Shown piece by piece: positions 1-12,434 of a stretch of 64,000 nt of DNA; within the stretch, counting starts at the first letter, position 1; each line of letters starts with the position of its first letter. A program made the translations under genes and the position numbers. The notes beneath the pieces were generated by a model that saw only the letters and a program-made list of their open reading frames with translations, did not search any database and had not been told where the DNA came from. This DNA is from Azolla caroliniana (Eukaryota; Plantae; Polypodiophyta). The stretch covers positions 3,224,001-3,288,000 of the forward strand of contig JBHGNT010000008.1 in assembly GCA_043228905.1 (NCBI GenBank), written 5' to 3'.

Positions 1-20
1 TCTGCTTCTGTGATTGTCCA

Positions 21-235
21 TAGCAATGGGTCCGGTTTCGGCTCGAACCGAACCGAACCGAAAAACCGTGGGCTAACGGTTTATAGGTTTCGAGATAAAT
101 AAACGGTTTGGTTTGGTTTCAAATGGTACTAATTGGTTTCGGTTCGGTTTTGAATTTAGCTGTTCAACGGTTTATCGGCTTATTGGTTTCTGTTTATGTG
201 GTTCGGTTTAAAGGTTTATAGGTTAAAAAATACTC
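21..235. mobile_element. Partial AACCG/CGGTT-rich MITE or DNA-transposon end related to the 1407-1920 element
   Basis: Starts TAGCAATGGGTCCGGTTTCGG, followed by GAACC/GGTTC pentamer arrays like the complete copies; no matching right end or TSD found. Confidence 0.55.
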
Positions 236-999
236 ATAAATTTTCCCTATGTCCAGATGAACACTCACGAGCGGGTGAGTAAAGCCGGTGTCCGGAGAAA
301 ACCACCGACACACCCTATTAGGGCTCTCGGGTTTTTTTCGGCCAAACCTGCCAATCGGTTGCAATTAAAAAAAAACGCAAAGCACAAGCTGTTCTTCCCT
401 TAACACATGATTTTGATGCAAATGGCTCCGCCTCTGTATTTAACGTACTTCACATGGATAAATTTCTACGGAAAATCGGTGTCAAATAGAAGAAGAAGAA
501 GGAATCGGCGGAAGACTAATGGGCTAGCGGGATCAAACTAACTACGGATACTAGCAAGAAACCGTAAGAGAGAAACTAAAACTGAGGTAGCACCATATGA
601 GAACTCGAAATGTCGTCATGAGAACTGAACCTAGAGAAACAAGGGCCACACTATAACACATTCACAAGAACTCAACTAAAGGGAGTACATCTCATGCAAA
701 TCATAAGTATCGGCGAGACTTAAAAATAAAGGATCATGATGTATATTGTACGAATATTCACCAACCTCTTTGCAATATAAGGGAGCATCATCATGTGATT
801 GTCATTAACATCGATCAAATTGAGACCCATGACAATGTATCGTTGGTTTTGGCTAGATTTATAGTTATGGTTCTTACTTTAACACTAACCGAATGTCGTA
901 GTTGGGGAAAGCATAAGTGTCAGGTATCTAATAAACATGCACCAAAATCTCGTGATTTGTCACAAAAGAAATAACTTAGACATCACAATGGAGAACATT

Positions 1000-2600
1000 T
1001 CCTTTGGGAAATGGCGATTAACCGAAGTTGTGCCTTTTCTTCTTCTTCTTCTTTTGAAGATAAACCTTGGTATTAATGGACAGATGCCCAAAGGCTACAA
1101 AGAACTCATAAATGAAAGCACAACCACCATACCCAAATCAACCAACATGTTGAATAGCAAAAACCCGCATGCAATTACCTTAGAAACTACATTTACACAT
1201 CTAAAATCGGGATCCTTCCATAATGGGGGGGGGAGGGAGGAAAGCCACATGGGTGGAGCATATCTCCACTTTATTCTCTTGCCAAAAGAGGTGAAGACCA
1301 TACACCAATCATATTAAAATCAAATTGATCCTCAATCATATTAAAATCTCCGACCATACACCAATGATCCTCATGGAGCAAAGTATCACACAAAGAGGAC
1401 CACAACTAACAATCGGCAACGGTTCGATTTGAACCGAACCGAACCGCGAAACCGCGGTTTAACGGTTTCAACGGTTCGGTTCGGTTTGGTTTCAGCAGTC
1501 AAAAACTGCGGTTTAAACGGTTTAACGGTTTTTAATTTTTAATTTTTTTAATTTATAAAAAAATTGAAAAAAATTCTAAAAAAGTTTAAAAATTGTTTTT
1601 AAACAATCTTTTCATTTTTACTCTTATTCTCACATTTTAGAAACATCTTAAAAATTTTAAAAATTCTAAATAATGAAATATTATAAATTTAAAAATAAAA
1701 TAAAATAAATTTGACCTATGTTGAAAACCGAAACCGAACCACGAAAACGCGGTTTTTACGGTTTAATGGTTTAACGGTTTGAAAAATGTTTAACGGTTTG
1801 GTTTAAAGGTTTCGCGGTTCGGTTCGGTTCGGTTCAGGTTTCAACATTTTTTAATGGTTCGGTTCCAAACCGGTTCGGTTTGGACCCTCTCAAACCGAAC
1901 CGAACCGTTGCCGATTGTTAACCACAACCTCCTCCTATCCAATGAGCATATACATTTATAAAACCTAATTGTGGATTCTGCATTTCTAAATTAATAAATT
2001 GCACTCTTCCTTCCACTAAAATCCTAGACAAGCACATGATAACACCATTTTTTGGGCCAAGGCTATACAAACACCAACTTTATTGCAAGACTCCAAAAAT
2101 GGGCCCATGAACCACTAAATAAGGATCCATAAGAATCTACTCTAGACGAACTTAAACGAAGTTCTTGTAAAAAAACCATTTCTACAGATCTCATAAAGCT
2201 TTTATGTAATTCCCGCCTAAGCCTAACCCTAAATTTTTTGTTGTTGCACCACCCAACCCTTGAACATTCCATGAAACAATACGAAAATCATCCATAGGCT
2301 AACAGAAGTTGTTTTCCTTTCACTCTCTTGTCATCCACCGTTCTTCTTAGGCTTAATAATTTGCCTAGAAATCTTGAATCCTTTCCAATATTTCCTAGCC
2401 ACAACTTCTACATATGTATCCTTCTTTATCGACGAAGAGGGAGTACTCTTTGCCTCCACCATCATACCTCCATTCATAACCATAGTATATGATTGCACGA
2501 CTGATTTTTCAAGCATGATTCCTTGTGCATTCTTACCATGGCTGGATAAGTTGCGCATTGTCTTTTGGTGCCAAAGCTAAAATAATGCATGAAATCTCTC
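1000..2600 (-). mobile_element. Decayed LINE (end of ORF1 plus APE endonuclease), interrupted by a hAT MITE
   Basis: Minus-strand fragments IVSWNVQGLG (~2255-2280), FLQE, FINVYA (~1950) and VGDFNMI (~1345) are colinear with the endonuclease of the younger LINE at 7907-9274. Confidence 0.7.
1407..1920. mobile_element. Non-autonomous hAT-type MITE (514 bp)
   Basis: Perfect 20-bp TIR TAACAATCGGCAACGGTTCG / CGAACCGTTGCCGATTGTTA; 8-bp TSD ACCACAAC at 1399-1406 and 1921-1928; subterminal AACCG repeats and AT-rich core. Confidence 0.93.
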
Positions 2601-3713
2601 TCAAATAGGTCATTATTGGTAGAGTTCAATGCTCATGTGATCATACACATGCTAGGCCCATGAATTAGTGGTTCGTGATCATGATTCATGAAGGTATGTA
2701 ATACACCTCATTGTTACACTTCATAAGGAGGTGTTTTTTTAATATAAATTGGCAAATGAACTATAAGATGAAGTCTCTCTTCCATATGGGTTGACAAATA
2801 TGGGTTGATGAATACGAGTTTACGAGATTATGCATTGTACCCATTTTAATATAAGCGCATCCATTGCCTTGTTACATGGAGTTGAAAAGCATTCAAGATG
2901 CCCTAAACAAATTATATGAAGCAATAACAGTCAACAAATGGTGTTGATTGATAAAGATTATTATAAATTCCTTAACAACGCTCTAAATAAACAAATGGCG
3001 TTAATGAATGCAACATGCTAAAATTGTGTGAGTAATCTGAAGTTGAAAACAATGCATATAGCCATTAGTTTCAGGTAGTTGTCAAAGCATCTAGCTACAT
3101 ATGAATATAAAGTAGAAACAAAAAATATTCAAGATTCTTAGGTTTCTCATTTGAGTGAATTTAGAAATTTGGTTGGATCTAATGTTTTATGAGAAATTGG
3201 TGCTTAAGAAATAAAAAATGGAATGAGTGTTGAACTCATAAGAATGCAACAATTTGATTGAACCCCGGGGTTGAGAATTCTATACTTCATTTTTTATTGA
3301 TGATTGTAGATGAGTTTGTTAGTGCAAAAAGTAATTCATTGGAGATGAGGGTGACAAACAAACGGTCACATGACCCAAATCTTTACAAAAGAAATATTAT
3401 GTTAGAAAACAGACAAAAGAGTTCTAGAACATAAAATGATGTCAAAGTTTACGATGTTATGTAGTCTTGATGCATCTTTGTCTTGAGAGAGCACTAGAGA
3501 TGTAGAGTAGATCCCAAATTTCAAATTTGGTACTTCCCAATTTAGATTCAAGCCAAGGAGTTTCTTGACATTATGCGTTTTATTGCATTCCCAACTATGT
3601 TTAAAAAATAAATAAATCTTCCATTGGTATTAAAAGGGTCCACTATTAGAATGAATATTGCATGTGAATGTGGTTGCATTAGGTTTTAGACCTGATTTCA
3701 GCATACATTTGGT

Positions 3714-3947
3714 TTAACATTGGACAACCATAACCATGCACGCATCTAGAAGATGCTCGCATTTGGCATACATGTCAACCAACATACTAGCAATAAACCT
3801 ATCATTCTCATATCCCGCCAATAAGATCTGGATATGTATCTTTTGTCCAATAATAATTGACTTCAAATTGCCACAAGTTCTCACTATACATGCTAATGTG
3901 ATAACAACATGAAATAAACCATCTAACTGAATCGATGCATTCCCCAC
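3714..3947 (-). pseudogene. PLS-class pentatricopeptide repeat (PPR) gene fragment
   Basis: GQKIHIQI...GYENDRFIASMLVDMYAKC..L.DA is a PPR L/S-motif signature; isolated and truncated. Confidence 0.7.
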
Positions 3948-4627
3948 TATGTTATTGAAACTAATCTATTTTGTCATTTGGCTTTGAAATCATGACATAG
4001 TTATAACTTATATATATGAGTAGAAGAGAGAAGATATACTTGCTATAGAAAGCTTGTAACTCTTGAAATGAGATTGACTTAAACTCCTTGTAATATTCCG
4101 CGTAAATCATGAATTGCCTTGACACATGGGAACTAGTTTTACAAAAATAGTCACTGGCATGGAATATTTAAATTTAATCAAACATCTCTTAGCATTGTGA
4201 AGGTAACTTTATCGATTTCATTCTCCACGTTAATGTAAATTTTCTCATACTTAGACTAATTTATATAAATACGGTGGAGGAATCCATCGCCAAACTCCCA
4301 TCACAAATGGAGCACCTCCGAACCAACAATTAGTGATGAATCCAACAACCTGGTGCTACGAGTATATTGTCTTATGAAGGTGGATTTTCAATGGATATAA
4401 GGGGTAAAATAAGTGTCAAACTAATTATTCAAGGACTTTGGACAAATACATAAGGATTTGCGACATGCAAGAACATCTTGTGCTCTAGGAGACTATCAAA
4501 CTCAACAATATAGGGGGGAATAACTATCCCCTTCAATGGTGTCTCAAAGTCACAATAGAGACTCTATCATTGCAGTGGCTAACTATCGGGGTATAATATA
4601 AGGTCATATTGAGTAGTTTGGGATGCC

Positions 4628-4735
4628 AATTAATTAAAAGATTGAAGAGAGAGATAGAGAATGGACTAAGGGTACTTTAAAGCACCCTTAGTCCGTTCTC
4701 TCTCTCTCTCTCTCTCTTCAATCTTTTAATTAATT
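4628..4735. repeat. Near-perfect ~108-bp palindrome (foldback)
   Basis: AATTAATTAAAAGATTGAAGAGAGAG...GGACTAAGGGT ACTTTAAAGC ACCCTTAGTCC...CTCTCTTCAATCTTTTAATTAATT. Confidence 0.85.
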
Positions 4736-4776
4736 ACTTATCATTGGCATAATGAGTCATTCTTTGTATAATGGCT

Positions 4777-7700
4777 TATTTTATTTTATTTTTTCCAAAA
4801 TGAAGCTACTTTCCCATTAGTTAGGAAGGATTGTACACGGGGCTTATATACAAATCGGGAAATCTCCCTCCGAACAAGTACAAGAAAATGAGATTAGTTA
4901 CTTAGAATAACGGGTTGACTACTCAATATAAGCAGATACCTATAGCTAAAAATGGTGCCCGTCAATTTTGGCTAGTACGAGACACCTCATAGGGCCTACA
5001 CCGCAGGGAGGGCGACAAGTGACTCGGAAACAACCAGCGTGGGGGCTGGTAGTTCCACCTCGGACCACTTCCTCCTTGTGTCACCATAGGCGTGTTCCGC
5101 CATTTTTGCCAAAAGCGCAAACGGGCAGTGACCACATCGTTGGAATGGCTGCAAACCTCGTCCAACTACCCTTGTAGGCAGCTGATAAGAGCAAACCATA
5201 TGTCCATGATCACTTCCTCCGGGGGTCACACCAGATCCTGAAAAACCTTTAGGCAACGCACTTTCCATATATACCACATGGTGAAGCCTGTGATCAACAT
5301 CCAAATTTCCGAGAACCTAGGGGATGCGGACTGCAAGCCTCTTCCATAACGAATCTTGGCGATTTTTCCTCCAATGCATACATAGCACCAACTATCCGCA
5401 TTGAAGGCGTTCGTCCACCTATCGTCGGAGTGATCAATCCATGCCGTAGTACTCCACGATGCGATTCCTTCCACTTCACAAGCCACAAGGAGGTGAGTCA
5501 CTCTATCCCATACCTTTTGAGCTTGAGAGCAATCCCATAGACAGTGCCTCAGAGTCTCAATAGGTGAAGGGCAGAGTGGGCAGCCTAACGGGCCGCCACG
5601 TTTACCTAACCATTCGCCAATGGGAACCACATTATGATTGAGCTGCCACCAAAAAAACTTGATCTTTTCAGGCATGTGGAGACGCTAGAGACCTTTCCAA
5701 AAAGTAATGAGCACCTCATCAGGGATGCCCAATGTACGCCAGCCATTGCGTAAGGGGCCATCTAGCTGCAATTGTAAAGTTCGACCCAATTTAGTGCTGT
5801 ACTCGAAGAAATGGCGAAGTCTGCCATCCTGTTTCCACATGAAATCCCCTGGGTCCCATTCTAGCTCGATGAGGGGACAACCACCATATACCCATAACTT
5901 CTAATGGGGTTCCACCTTAGCAACATCCGGGTCTGTTTTCCAGATGTTACCAACCTACGCCACCACACGGATTGGGTGCCAAGAGCCCCTACTCTGCCTC
6001 TCCCCAAAAATTGTATCTCGTCCCGATCCACTCACACCCTTCAGCAACTTAACCACACTAGTCTCATCAAAGAGAAAGAACCATGTATCTTCTCTCACCT
6101 CCCCCATCGAGACCATATCAAGTGCCTCAACTATCAATCTCCGCATTTTCATGGCTCCCTTGAGGGGAGGGAAAGGGACCACCTGGTCCCCTCCTGAAGC
6201 CACCGTGCGTCTCCAATCATGTATACAGAGGAGCCCTGTTTGCGCCAACTTTCCCCAAGCTAGGCCCTTAAGCTGCCCTAACATCATGTCACCGCTTGAC
6301 CGTACTTGAGGGTTCCAAAATAATGGCTGTCTAGCCCACTCGACTAGTGTCTCTGGCGTGTGCTTGACCAAATGACGTCTTACGTGACACCATGCCCGCA
6401 AGATGGAGTTCGTGACCCTCTCCTCCGGTTGACAAGCCAACTTGGGAGGAACTCCACTCGTGCAACACCAATTCAAGGAATCCGGCCAAGGCCTACCATA
6501 CTTGGGGGTCCCTGCTTGCAACCTATTGCGAAGTAGTACCTTCCAACACCCCTTACCTGGCAAGAGGCATCGAACCATCATTTTGGCTAGCAATGCTCAG
6601 CTCTGCATTAAGGGGTCTATGAGGCCAAGCCCCCCTTTGGCCCGCGGTTGTGTTAACCAATGCCATGACACTCTGGCAGCAGCAAACGGGTTGTCCTTAC
6701 CTGACCATATAAACCCCCTGATGGCAGCCTTAATCGCGTGCAAACTTGAGGGGTCCATAATCCAACAGGAGATTGAGTGCCACATGGTGGCGAGCAACAC
6801 TTGGTTCGCAATAAGAACCCTACCAGTGAAGGAAAGTTTAGATCTGCTCCATTGGATCAACTTCTTGCTTATTTTGGTTTGCACATGTGACAATTGCACT
6901 CCCTTGGGGATTGCCCTCCCCATCGTAAATCCTAGGTATTTGAATGTCGTCCCATCAGGGACCCATGCAAAATCAGTGTGGGGTTGCCACCTTGGCTTCT
7001 CTTGTTCGCTGAACTAGAGGCCTTGGGTTTTATCCCAATTGATCTTGGCTCCAGCAGCCTGACAAAGGTCCTCAACAAGCTGTTCAGCCTGCTGCAGATT
7101 CGCATCATCGCCCTGCAAGAAAAGGACCGTATCGTCAGCATATTCAGATAGTAGCAGATCTTCAGACGCATTGGGGATGGACAATCCCCTCAATCCGTTG
7201 CTTGGTGCTTGTAAATAAGCAGAGAAAACCTCAGTGACAAATAGGTAGAGATATGGAGCTAGGGGACAACCTTGCCTCACTGAGCGATGTAGTTGGAAGG
7301 CAGGGCCCCTAGCACCAGCTACCAACACGCTACTAGAAGCATTCCGATAGAGTGCAGAAGTGCAATTCCTCCATTGTTGGGGTAGGCCCATAACACTCAT
7401 CACTCTTTCCAAAAACGGCCATAATACCCTGTCGTAGGCCTTCTCAAAGTCTAACAGCAGAATAGCCGAGCTCAATACGGCACGATCTGCTAATGCCATA
7501 ACTTCCCAGAGAAGAATTATATTATCAAAGATACACCTACCCTTGATAAACCCAGTTTGATTCTCGTGAATGATGTTCGGTAAGAAGCTTGCTATCCGCT
7601 AGCTAAGACTTTTGCAAGTATCTTGTATATCGTGTTAAGGATCGTGATTGGACGCCATTGGCGCAGCCCTAGGCTTCGCCCTGCCGCTTTAGGGATGAGA

Positions 7701-9542
7701 TAGATCATCCCCTCAGCCATGCCAGATGGCACCGTTCCCGAGGCCCAAATCTCCTGAACCCCGGCTTCCAATGACGGGATAACAGTGTCCCAATGAATCT
7801 CAAAAAAATCTCGTGAGAGACCATCGGGGCCGGGGCATGCTCCTCTCCGCAATTCCCTAAGTGCTTCCGAGAGTTCTAATCGAGAAATGGGGTTGTCGAG
7901 CACAACTTACATCTCGTGGGTTACCTTGGGGTGAATGCAAGCCAACACCCTCTCAGCCAACTCCATGTTTTGTTGCATATGCACAGGTGCGAGCAGGTCG
8001 CAATAGTATTCTGTCGCCATATGCAGAATCTCATCCTTGTCCTCCGTTATTGAACCATCTGGTTTGCGAAGCCCTTGTATATGTCCACCTCCACCCTTGG
8101 GTGCCCTGTAGTGAAAGAAATGGCGGTTGACCTTGTCATCTTTTCTAGCCCACCATGTTGCGGTCCTTCGAAACAACATGCGGTTCTTCTCCAACATCCT
8201 TTCCCGCAGCTTTATCTTTGTTTCCTCCAACTTGGCTCTAGACCAATTGCAACTAGGGTCTACTTGCAGTAGCCGTTGCGTGGCCGCAATGGATTTCCGT
8301 AATTTTGTTTCAATGGCTCTAGCCTGCTGAAGGGCCAGCTTGGTTTTTTGCTGTAAAAAGGAGGAGAGGGTCAATTTTTTCTGCAGATCCTCACTGGCCG
8401 ATTCACTTACAATGGTCTCCCGCCATATACTTTGTAGCCCTGCCTTCACCTTTGCACTCTTCATGATCTTTGTGGGGATTTTCACATTGAGACTCCCCTT
8501 GCTGCCATGGGGTGGGTTAAGGTCTAATCTCATCGGCTGGTGATCAGAGAAGGTGAGACCTTCCAAGATAGCAAAGGAGCCCCCCAACTCTTCGAGAGAC
8601 GAGCTGATGTATATGCGGTCTAGCTGTGCAAGACTACCACCCCTAGCATTCGCGGCAACTCGGGAGAAGTGAAGCGAATGTGAGCATCTTCTAAGGGAGG
8701 AGCCCCATGTATCCTTCACCCCAATTTTGCCGATTAGGAAAGCCCACGAGTCCAACTCCGCACCATGAAGCGGTCTTTGGGTCCCCCCTTTCCTATCCCC
8801 TAGGTGCTCCGTCATGTTGAAATCACCAGCCATTATCCACGCCTCTGCCTCAGGCAATGTTGTCGCTAACATCCGCCAAAAGATTGCTCTCTCGGGGGAA
8901 GAGTTAGGGGCATAAATGTTTAACACCCCAATTTGAAGGTTGTTCCATTTCAGAAGCACATATAAGGCTCTTCCTGCCACCAGTGTGCCATGTGATGTTA
9001 CTTCGTAACGGGCCTTATTGCTGATCGAGATGCAGACCCCTCCTCTTCGGTGGAGGTCACCCTGTGCAGCCGACCACCACGTGGTCCACCCACCCGACAA
9101 GGGGTTTACTAGGCTCTGAGCTCTCTCTTGAGAGAGGTGGTGTTCTTGCAAAAGCAATATGTTGATGTTGCCCCCAATATTAAGGGGATTCAACTCCTCC
9201 CGAAGTCTTTTGCACTCATGATGTTGCCGACCTCCACCAAGGCCCTGCACATTCCATGTTAGGATTCTCATCAAAAGGCGGTGAGGTTGACACCCATGTC
9301 GGGGCCGACTCCCATGTGAAAGGGTGAACTATCATCTACTTCTGGGGGTAGGGACTCCACAGTAGATTGGAGAGCCCCTAAGGGATTCCCAGCCTGCCGA
9401 TCTTGGCCCGCTTCAAATAGTTCCCTTGATACATTTTGGCTCCTAATCGGTTGCATGTCCTGCACCCCTTTATCCCAAAGAGACGTCGCCACACCGGGTG
9501 ATGGTCTGCGTACATTACCCTTCCCTTTACCCTCCTAATCGG
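4777..9542 (-). mobile_element. 5'-truncated L1-clade (Tx1-like) LINE retrotransposon with TSDs; ORF2 disrupted
   Basis: 13-bp TSD TTGTATAATGGCT at 4764-4776 and 9543-9555; (AAAAT)n tail at 4777-4794; EN (TWNVQG, LQE, NIYAP, GDFN, SDH), RT (PGPDG, WRPIT, LDFEKAYD, RQGCPLAP, YADD), GGLG and zf-RVT (CPLC...H...C) spread over split ORFs. Confidence 0.95.
5226..9274 (-). pseudogene. LINE ORF2 (endonuclease, reverse transcriptase, zf-RVT) with several stops and frameshifts
   Basis: ORF pieces 7907-9274, 7592-7903, 7014-7499, 6597-6923, 5955-6593 and 5226-5675 are colinear parts of one ORF2. Confidence 0.9.
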
Positions 9543-11559
9543 TTGTATAATGGCTAATTATTTTCTTCGCTCTTCCGTTGTTATTTTTGTTGGATCAATT
9601 CACGAGCAATTTTCATTGTCAATCTAGGAATCAAATGCCTAAAAAACCTTGACATTCTTTTTTCTTTCTTTCTCCTTCCATTTTAAATTACCAATGTTTC
9701 TATTATTCGGCACTCATTCATTAAACATAATAACTATGACTGAATTTTTATTTATTTATGATAAACCTTTTGATATCTCTCGTACGCATCATGGTTCTTA
9801 ACAAAACATATTGCGGTGTCCCTTTGGTGCAAGCGCGTGCCTTCATGTTGTGGTGTACATTTGTTCCTTTGTGCCACCCTTTTAGCACACATGTAACCAA
9901 GCCAACCCAAATGGGTACCTATGTATCAACTACAAATGGAGCAAGAAGTAAGAACCAAGGCAAGCCAATTTGGAATCTCTTTATGTGCATTTCACAATAT
10001 TAGTCTCTTTTTCTTTCTTTCTTTTATGGCCTCAACAATCATCTAATGATCTACACATACATGGGTATTGTCTACACTTTTATCAAGTGATTAATTGCAA
10101 GGGTACACATGCGTTTAGCGAGGCCAATGCACGTGTTCTCACATGGTCTATAAATGTGATCAAGGTGAAACATTTTTCACACATGAGGTGCCTAAAATCA
10201 TGGTTTTGATGGGGGCCGAAAATCACCTCATCTCCCATATGTTATGGACTAAAATTCATGTCATTTCACACACGTGGTGATGCATATCTGAAATCTTGGG
10301 CCAAGGAGCGCGTGAACCTAAGATGTCATGGACGAAGACGACTATTGTTATAAGTTACCTTTTACTTATTTATATTCTCGTAAATAATAGATTTGGTTAA
10401 ATATATGTATGATAATAATAGTGAAAACAAATAAATAGCCAACAATAAATAATAAATCTTATGGCATATACAAAGGTGGAGCAGTTAACATGTGTTAATC
10501 ATAAATGTATCTAAAATTAATGTAGTTGCCTTAGTGTCATATTATATGTACACATCTTGGATCAATTACAATATGATTTGAAGTGCCAAGACCATTCATT
10601 TAGGCATAGTTTAGTTGTTTCGATTCCATTTTATTGTTGCACAATGTATGCCAATAATTTAAATGGAGAATAGACATGGTTGAGTCTTGGGGAGCCACCG
10701 TGATAAATGAGAGATAAGGAAAGACATTGAAAGTTATGTAACCACAGTGGCTTTTAAAAGGCCATTATCTGATCTCAAAACACATCTCGTACACCTCGAG
10801 GAATATCAACGAGAGATGACTTCTTAGTATGTGGTCACTAATTATTCACAACACTGATTTTTATACACCTTTAAAAATTTATAATCGATTTTTTATAGAT
10901 TATTCATTAAAGATCGTTGAATACATTCACTAGTTGTTAACTTATGGTTCATGATTTCAATGAAAACGTAGGACCTTCCCAATCGGAGTTTATCCGAATT
11001 CCTAATTCGTCCAATGCCTTTATTGCAAAATACTTACATCAATTGCGAGATTCATATGAGCATGCTTTTGCACAAGCTTTTAGGAATCCCAAAAATCTCA
11101 TAATGATCTAAAATCTAGTGTCATGAATATGTAACTAGGTTTAGGGGGTGAAAGATGACTAGCAAGAAAGTATTGCATTGCGCCACCATTAGCAAAGGAT
11201 CACATAATGTTTTTGGGTGCCACTCATGATAAAATTTTCTAAAGTTATGGTAGTGTGAGAATCTATTTTGCGGCCCTCCCGTTTGAAGATTAACATGCAT
11301 AAATCAGTTCTCATTTCATGCAGTGAGCGGAATTTGTTCCCGCGGCATGATTTGTAGGCACTTGAAGACAAATTCATGTATTGGAAGTCACAAAATTGGC
11401 CTTCACAAGATAGAATTGTTAATGTGTCTATGGCTACATTACTTGTGTACATATTGGTCTGTAAACACAGTTTACCTAACTAAAGGGAAGCACCCTTTAA
11501 ACAAAAAGAAAAAGAGAGAGAAGAAGATTGTCCTTCTGATGTAAGACATAAAAAGTGGT

Positions 11560-11950
11560 GCAATTAATTATGATTCCAATGGTTTTATATTACATCTTGA
11601 CTGTTGCCATGGTCAAAGAAGGGCCATTGAAAGGTTAACAGTTAATCTTGGGTTCATATTTGTACTTCAAAAAAGTGTTTTGAGAGGCAGTAATACTTTA
11701 ATTTACATGAATATATGGTGGATCACAGATTCTCCTTTTCCTTAGAGCAATATTTGAAGGTAAACCACAATGGATAGAGATTGTGGCTTTTTTTTTTATT
11801 GAGAAAGAGGAATGAAAGTGTGGAATATCAAAAGCTAGAATGGATAGAGATGATTGCTTTTTTTCTTGACAAAAGTGAGACCAAATTTGGAAAAAGAAAC
11901 CAAGATTGCAGCCTGCCAATGGAACATAGTGATTAGTGATAGCTAATCAC
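11560..11950 (-). repeat. Dispersed repeat, probably a decayed LINE zf-RVT region; second copy at ~24780-25085
   Basis: Both places share TAATTATGATTCC...CCATGGTCAA...GATAGAGAT.GTGGCTTTTT...TGGAACATAGTGATTAGTGATAG; HCGLPSNIALRKR.IC.PP resembles zf-RVT. Confidence 0.6.
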
Positions 11951-12434
11951 TTGTTAGTTTGTCAAGGACATGAAGGAGGTGTACATTCTTGGTCTCCAAA
12001 AATGGACATGGTTTCCTTCCACATTACCATTTCTCCTTTGGATAATGAGGATGGACAAGGCTTTTCTTCTTTCTGCTTTGTCCATATTCCTCTACAATAA
12101 CACCTCTAAAACTCATCAATTACTCAAGGATGAATCACTGTCATCTGATACCTACCTTTGAAGCTTCTTCATTCTATCTAGACATGTCGCTTACCCTCGA
12201 GAGAAGCCAACATGAAGCTCTAGTGATTTTCAGAGAAGTTAATTAAAAGTGCAGACGATTTGTTCTCAATCTATGAATAATTAGTAGTGTCTGGTCTTTG
12301 CCTTATATAAGCATGTATAAGCTAATGTTCAATTTGAATATATCATATAGTTTTACAAAGCGAGAACCAATGCAAACAAACTCGAGTGTTGCTTGTAGCA
12401 TTGAGCTCAGAGATAATAATGTCATTGGAATGGC

